Shown in pieces: positions 60,308 through 64,000 of a stretch of 64,000 nt of DNA. This stretch comes from Trichodelitschia bisporula (lineage: Eukaryota). The stretch spans positions 124,001 through 188,000 of the forward strand of contig ML996708.1 in the NCBI GenBank assembly GCA_010356995.1, read 5' to 3'. The notes under the pieces were generated by a model, which was given only the letters and a program-made list of their open reading frames with translations, did not search any database and was not told the origin of the DNA. Numbering within the stretch: the first letter of the stretch is position 1; each line of letters begins with the position of its first letter. The position numbers were made by a program, and so were the translations under genes.

Positions 60308-62023
60308 TCAGGTCTTCACAGTCGGCTCGTCACGGTCGACATATTCCTTAAGCTTCAACAGGTCAGTGGCGAGCTTGATGTTATCCGCCAGATAGTCCTG
60401 CGCGTCCATGTCGAACTTGCTCTTATCGCTCTCATACTTCTCAACGTACAGGCGAATGGTCGCGCCGCTGCTGCCAGTGCCCGACAACCGCACCACGATC
60501 CGGCTGCCGTCGTCGAACTTGACGTAGATGCCCTGGTTCTTGCTGACGCTACCGTCCAGGTCGGTGTAGGAAAAGTCGTCGGCCTCGAGCACCTTGCGCC
60601 CAGCCACCGTCGACCCGACGAACTCGTCCTTCTTCGTGGTGATGAGCTCCTTGATGTGCGCAATCACCTTACCGGCGCCCTCCGACTCGCATCCCTCGTA
60701 GTCGTAGCGCGTGAAGAAGGTGCGACCGTACGTGTTCCAGAAGTCCTTCTGGATCCACTTGATCGACGGTGTCGTGCCCGTCTCCTGGCCGACGCCAGCG
60801 ATGATGTTGAGCCACGCAAGCACAGCCCACAGGCCATCCTTCTCGCGGATATGGTTGCTGCCCGTGCCGAAGCTCTCCTCACCACAGATGTTCATCTTGT
60901 CTGCGTCAAAGAGACCACAGAAGAACTTCCAGCCCGTCGGCACTTCGTAGCACTGCAGACCCTTCTTCTTGGCCACGAGGTCGATGGCACCAGACGTGGG
61001 CATGCTACGCGCAAGGCCGTACACGCCCTGCTTCTTGAACCACGGGATGAAGTGGGAGTAGTGTGCGATGATGGCCAGGCTGTCGCCGGGAGACACGAAG
61101 CTGTTGGCACCGTAGATCATGTTGCGGTCGCCGTCACCGTCGCTAGCAGCGCCAAAGTGGATCCCGTTGGCGTCGACAGCCTTGACCAGCGAGGCGGCAT
61201 ACACCAGGTTGGGGTCGGGGTGGTGACCGCCAAAGTCCGGCTTCGGAATGCAGTTTTGTGTGCTGCCCTTGAGACCGAACTCCTTCTCGAAGATGTCGAT
61301 CCCGTAGGGGCCCGTGATACCGCTCAGCGCATCGAACAGGACCTTGAAGTCCGAGTGCTGCTGGAGGAACGACTTGATCAGATCGAAATCGAAGATCTCC
61401 TTCATGAACTTGACGTATTCCTCCGTCGTGTGCACAATCTCCACTTCGAGCGGGCCGTACTTTTGCGTGCCCAGCGCTGACAGATCGATGTCGGGGATGT
61501 CTGCGATCTTGTAGGACTTGAGCGACTTGGCCGTGTCGTACATCTTGTTCGTCACACCCTCGGGCGCAGGCGCACCGTTGGCGAGGTTGTACTTGATGCC
61601 AAAGTCCTCTTCGGGCCCTGGAAAGAAGTCAGTGATATAACAGGCTGAAGGGCTTCACTTCACCGCACCGCCGGGGTTGTGGCTAGCCGTCAGGAGAATT
61701 CCTCCCGTCGCCTTCTTCTGGCGGATGATGTGGCTAGCAGCAGGCGTGCTCATGAGGCCGTTCTGGCCGATGATAAGCTTCTTAACGCCATACGCAGCAC
61801 TGATCTTTGCGATGAGCTGCGTGACTTCGGGGTTCCAGTAGCGACCATCGCCGCCGATGACGAGTGTGCTGCCTTCTGCGCCCTCGGGAATAGAGAGCAA
61901 GATGCTGGTAATGAAGGACTCGCTGTAGTGGGGTTTTTGGAAGACCTTGACCTTCTTGCGCAGGCCGGAGGTGCCAGGCTTCTGGTCGGTGAAGGGGGTG
62001 ATTTCGACTGTCTTGACGCTCAT
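60308..62023 (-). CDS. PGM2: Phosphoglucomutase; intron 61618-61668
   Basis: DQKPGTSGLRKK, TASHNPG|GPEEDFGIKYN, SDGDGDRN, CGEESFGTG, SGTGSSGATIRLY. Confidence 0.97.
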
Positions 62024-63396
62024 GATGACTGTTTTCTAGAGGGTTCTCAAGAGGATGAGGGGGAGTATGGGAGAGATATGAAAGGGTTCACGAGGGAAAG
62101 AGGGGTGATTGAAGCAGTTGGAGTCAGTGGAATGAGCGGTCTATCTACGATTGTTGGTTTTTCTAGGTGAAGGGCGGGGCAAGCTACCAGTGGCTACGTC
62201 AACGTCAGAGCTGCATTGGCAGGGGAGGGGAGGTCGTTGCCCGAAATGGCTATTTAGTTTGCCTTGGCCTTGAAAATAGAAGCTACGACTTGCGGTTCGA
62301 GCCTTCATGGCGGGGCAGTGGGGTTGTGATTGGGCAAGATGGTCAACAATTTGCAAGTGTGTGGCGGAGAGTTGCCCAACGGTCATTGAACAGGGGGATT
62401 GGAGAGTGCAGCACGCCACAATGCATTGATATCGGGTGAACCGTTTGCAGATTGATGCTCGGCTTGCAAAATCTTTTGATATCGCCCCCGGAGTTGACCG
62501 CGGTTTTGCCTTCCTTGATTCTCCGCAGTGGCCGTGGGTGGGGCCGCTCCCGCCTCAGCTGGAGCCAAAGTCGGGAGCGGCCTCACGTCTTATCGATGCG
62601 CCAATCCTCCCTCCCTATCGTCAATTGAAGACTGTGGCCACTCTCACTTGAATCACACCGCAGCTTGTTGAGCTCAGACGTTGACGAACATTGCCCCGCG
62701 CATCGGCCCCGCCTGCCCCTCACCTTGGCCAGCACGAGCTCAGACCCGCTGCCGGGAGTGGCTGCGCTTTGACCCCGAGCATATCGGGTGGCGTTCTCAA
62801 CAAGACGTCGGCTTCTTTGTTGCCACATTCGCTCGGACCGAAATAGAGCAGAGGGTTTGACTTGGGGAAGAGTCAAAGTTATGGACGCGACGTCTGCACA
62901 ATCGCAAGGGCAGAAATCTCCTACCGTCACGGCGGCGGTTGTGCTGGGGCCGGTTGACTTCTTGCTCCCTAGTGATAAGGCGGCTGCAATTGCCATGGAT
63001 GGGGTCCCAAGGATCATTGCATAGCCAAAAAAAAACCCCGTATGCAAACTGTGCAGATGCTGAAAGCAGGAAGGGTCGAATTGCCAACGGTAAAGAGGCC
63101 GAGATCACCTCTGATGTTTCACAATGCAGAGAAGGCGAAACGGGCGCCCGAGTCAAAGTTTGGCTCGAAGAACGATAGTGATATGTCCCAGCCAGGCCGA
63201 ACCGTGAATCGTACTCCCGCTCCAAACAACGCATTCGAGAATATTTCTGAGTTGCGACTTAAGACGGTGCGATAGCTACCGGGTAGCGTAGCGCTCTGTT
63301 CCAGAACGCCGGCACCATGCCTGTTGTACATGCCCTCCTCCTCCTTCTCGTATCCAGATCATAACCCTCATAACAGACACCCTCTGCGGGGGGCAT

Positions 63397-63627
63397 CTAA
63401 GGCGGTAGAAGAATCTCGCTGAAGCTGCTGTGGAAGAACGCAACGCCGGCCTATGGGTGTTAACTTGCTTTGAAGGTTCGGAGAGGGGGGGCACGTACGG
63501 CGAAGAGCCCGACTGCGGTGATCACGCTGCGGTTCTCCTGGCTGAAGAGCGCGTCGTATGTGCTGCGTGCGTAGCCCTTGGGCTGCACCGTACGGCCGGG
63601 GCCGCGGGCGATGGGACGGCCGGACAT
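63397..63627 (-). CDS. TOM6: TOM complex small subunit Tom6 (60 aa); intron 63451-63498
   Basis: Spliced product MSGRPIARGPGRTVQPKGYARSTYDALFSQENRSVITAVGLFA|AGVAFFHSSFSEILLPP* matches the filamentous-fungal Tom6 pattern (STYD..EN.SV..F..VAF..S). Confidence 0.85.
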
Positions 63628-64000
63628 TGGGGGTGGAAATGTGCGGTAGTGAGATGAGTGAGGGCGGTTAAGATTGGTGTTGGGTTTGGGGGTGTGTGGG
63701 GGTGCGCTGCGTTGTGGTGATGATGATGTGGTTGGAGGTCGTTGTGGGAAGGTGGAGTTCAAGATTTTAGACGCAGACCGTGGTCACGTGATTGAGCATT
63801 TGGATTGACCACTGGTCGGCTTCAGGGAGAAATGGTCACAGCCAAGGTGGACTCGATGCATTATTGCGACAGTTCATTCATTGGCTAGAAGAAAACTACT
63901 GCAATCAACCACACCAGTAGACTATTGTTTCTTTGCTTTCTTTGTCCGCCGGTTGAGACCTTCACGCTCGGTGAACTGAAAGTAGCATGAAAGAGCCATG

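Overview
Gene-dense, GC-rich eukaryotic DNA from a filamentous ascomycete (Pezizomycotina), inferred from short GT-AG introns with CTAAC/CTGAC branch sites and from the gene content. It holds about 20 genes, mostly housekeeping: divergent fatty-acid synthase beta/alpha genes (FAS1 runs off the left edge), a small coiled-coil protein, a Gfo/Idh/MocA oxidoreductase, a head-to-head DUF3176-like pair whose second member is a multiply disabled pseudogene, PIG-Y/Eri1-like, Zrg17, a PTS2-bearing SDR, a conserved hypothetical protein, a DHA2 MFS pump, an EF-hand MscS channel, mitochondrial bL9, a Ubp16/USP30-like protease, GH43 (spanning a 200-N gap), ETF-QO, SR protein Srp2, a Mad1-like CFEM/GPI adhesin with a Cys-module array, Psk1/S6K-like kinase, phosphoglucomutase and Tom6. 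I saw no tRNA, rRNA, CRISPR array, intact transposase or PKS/NRPS. The least-explained signals are (1) a ~210-nt nested multi-hairpin with a repeated motif between the DUF3176 paralogs, (2) two decayed ~450-bp copies of an unknown coding-derived repeat in inverted orientation around the hypothetical gene, (3) a long, structured, PTC-generating intron and a 6-nt micro-exon in srp2, and (4) extreme C-block then G-block strand skew across many genes. Exon boundaries were read by eye, and family names come from motif recognition rather than database searches.
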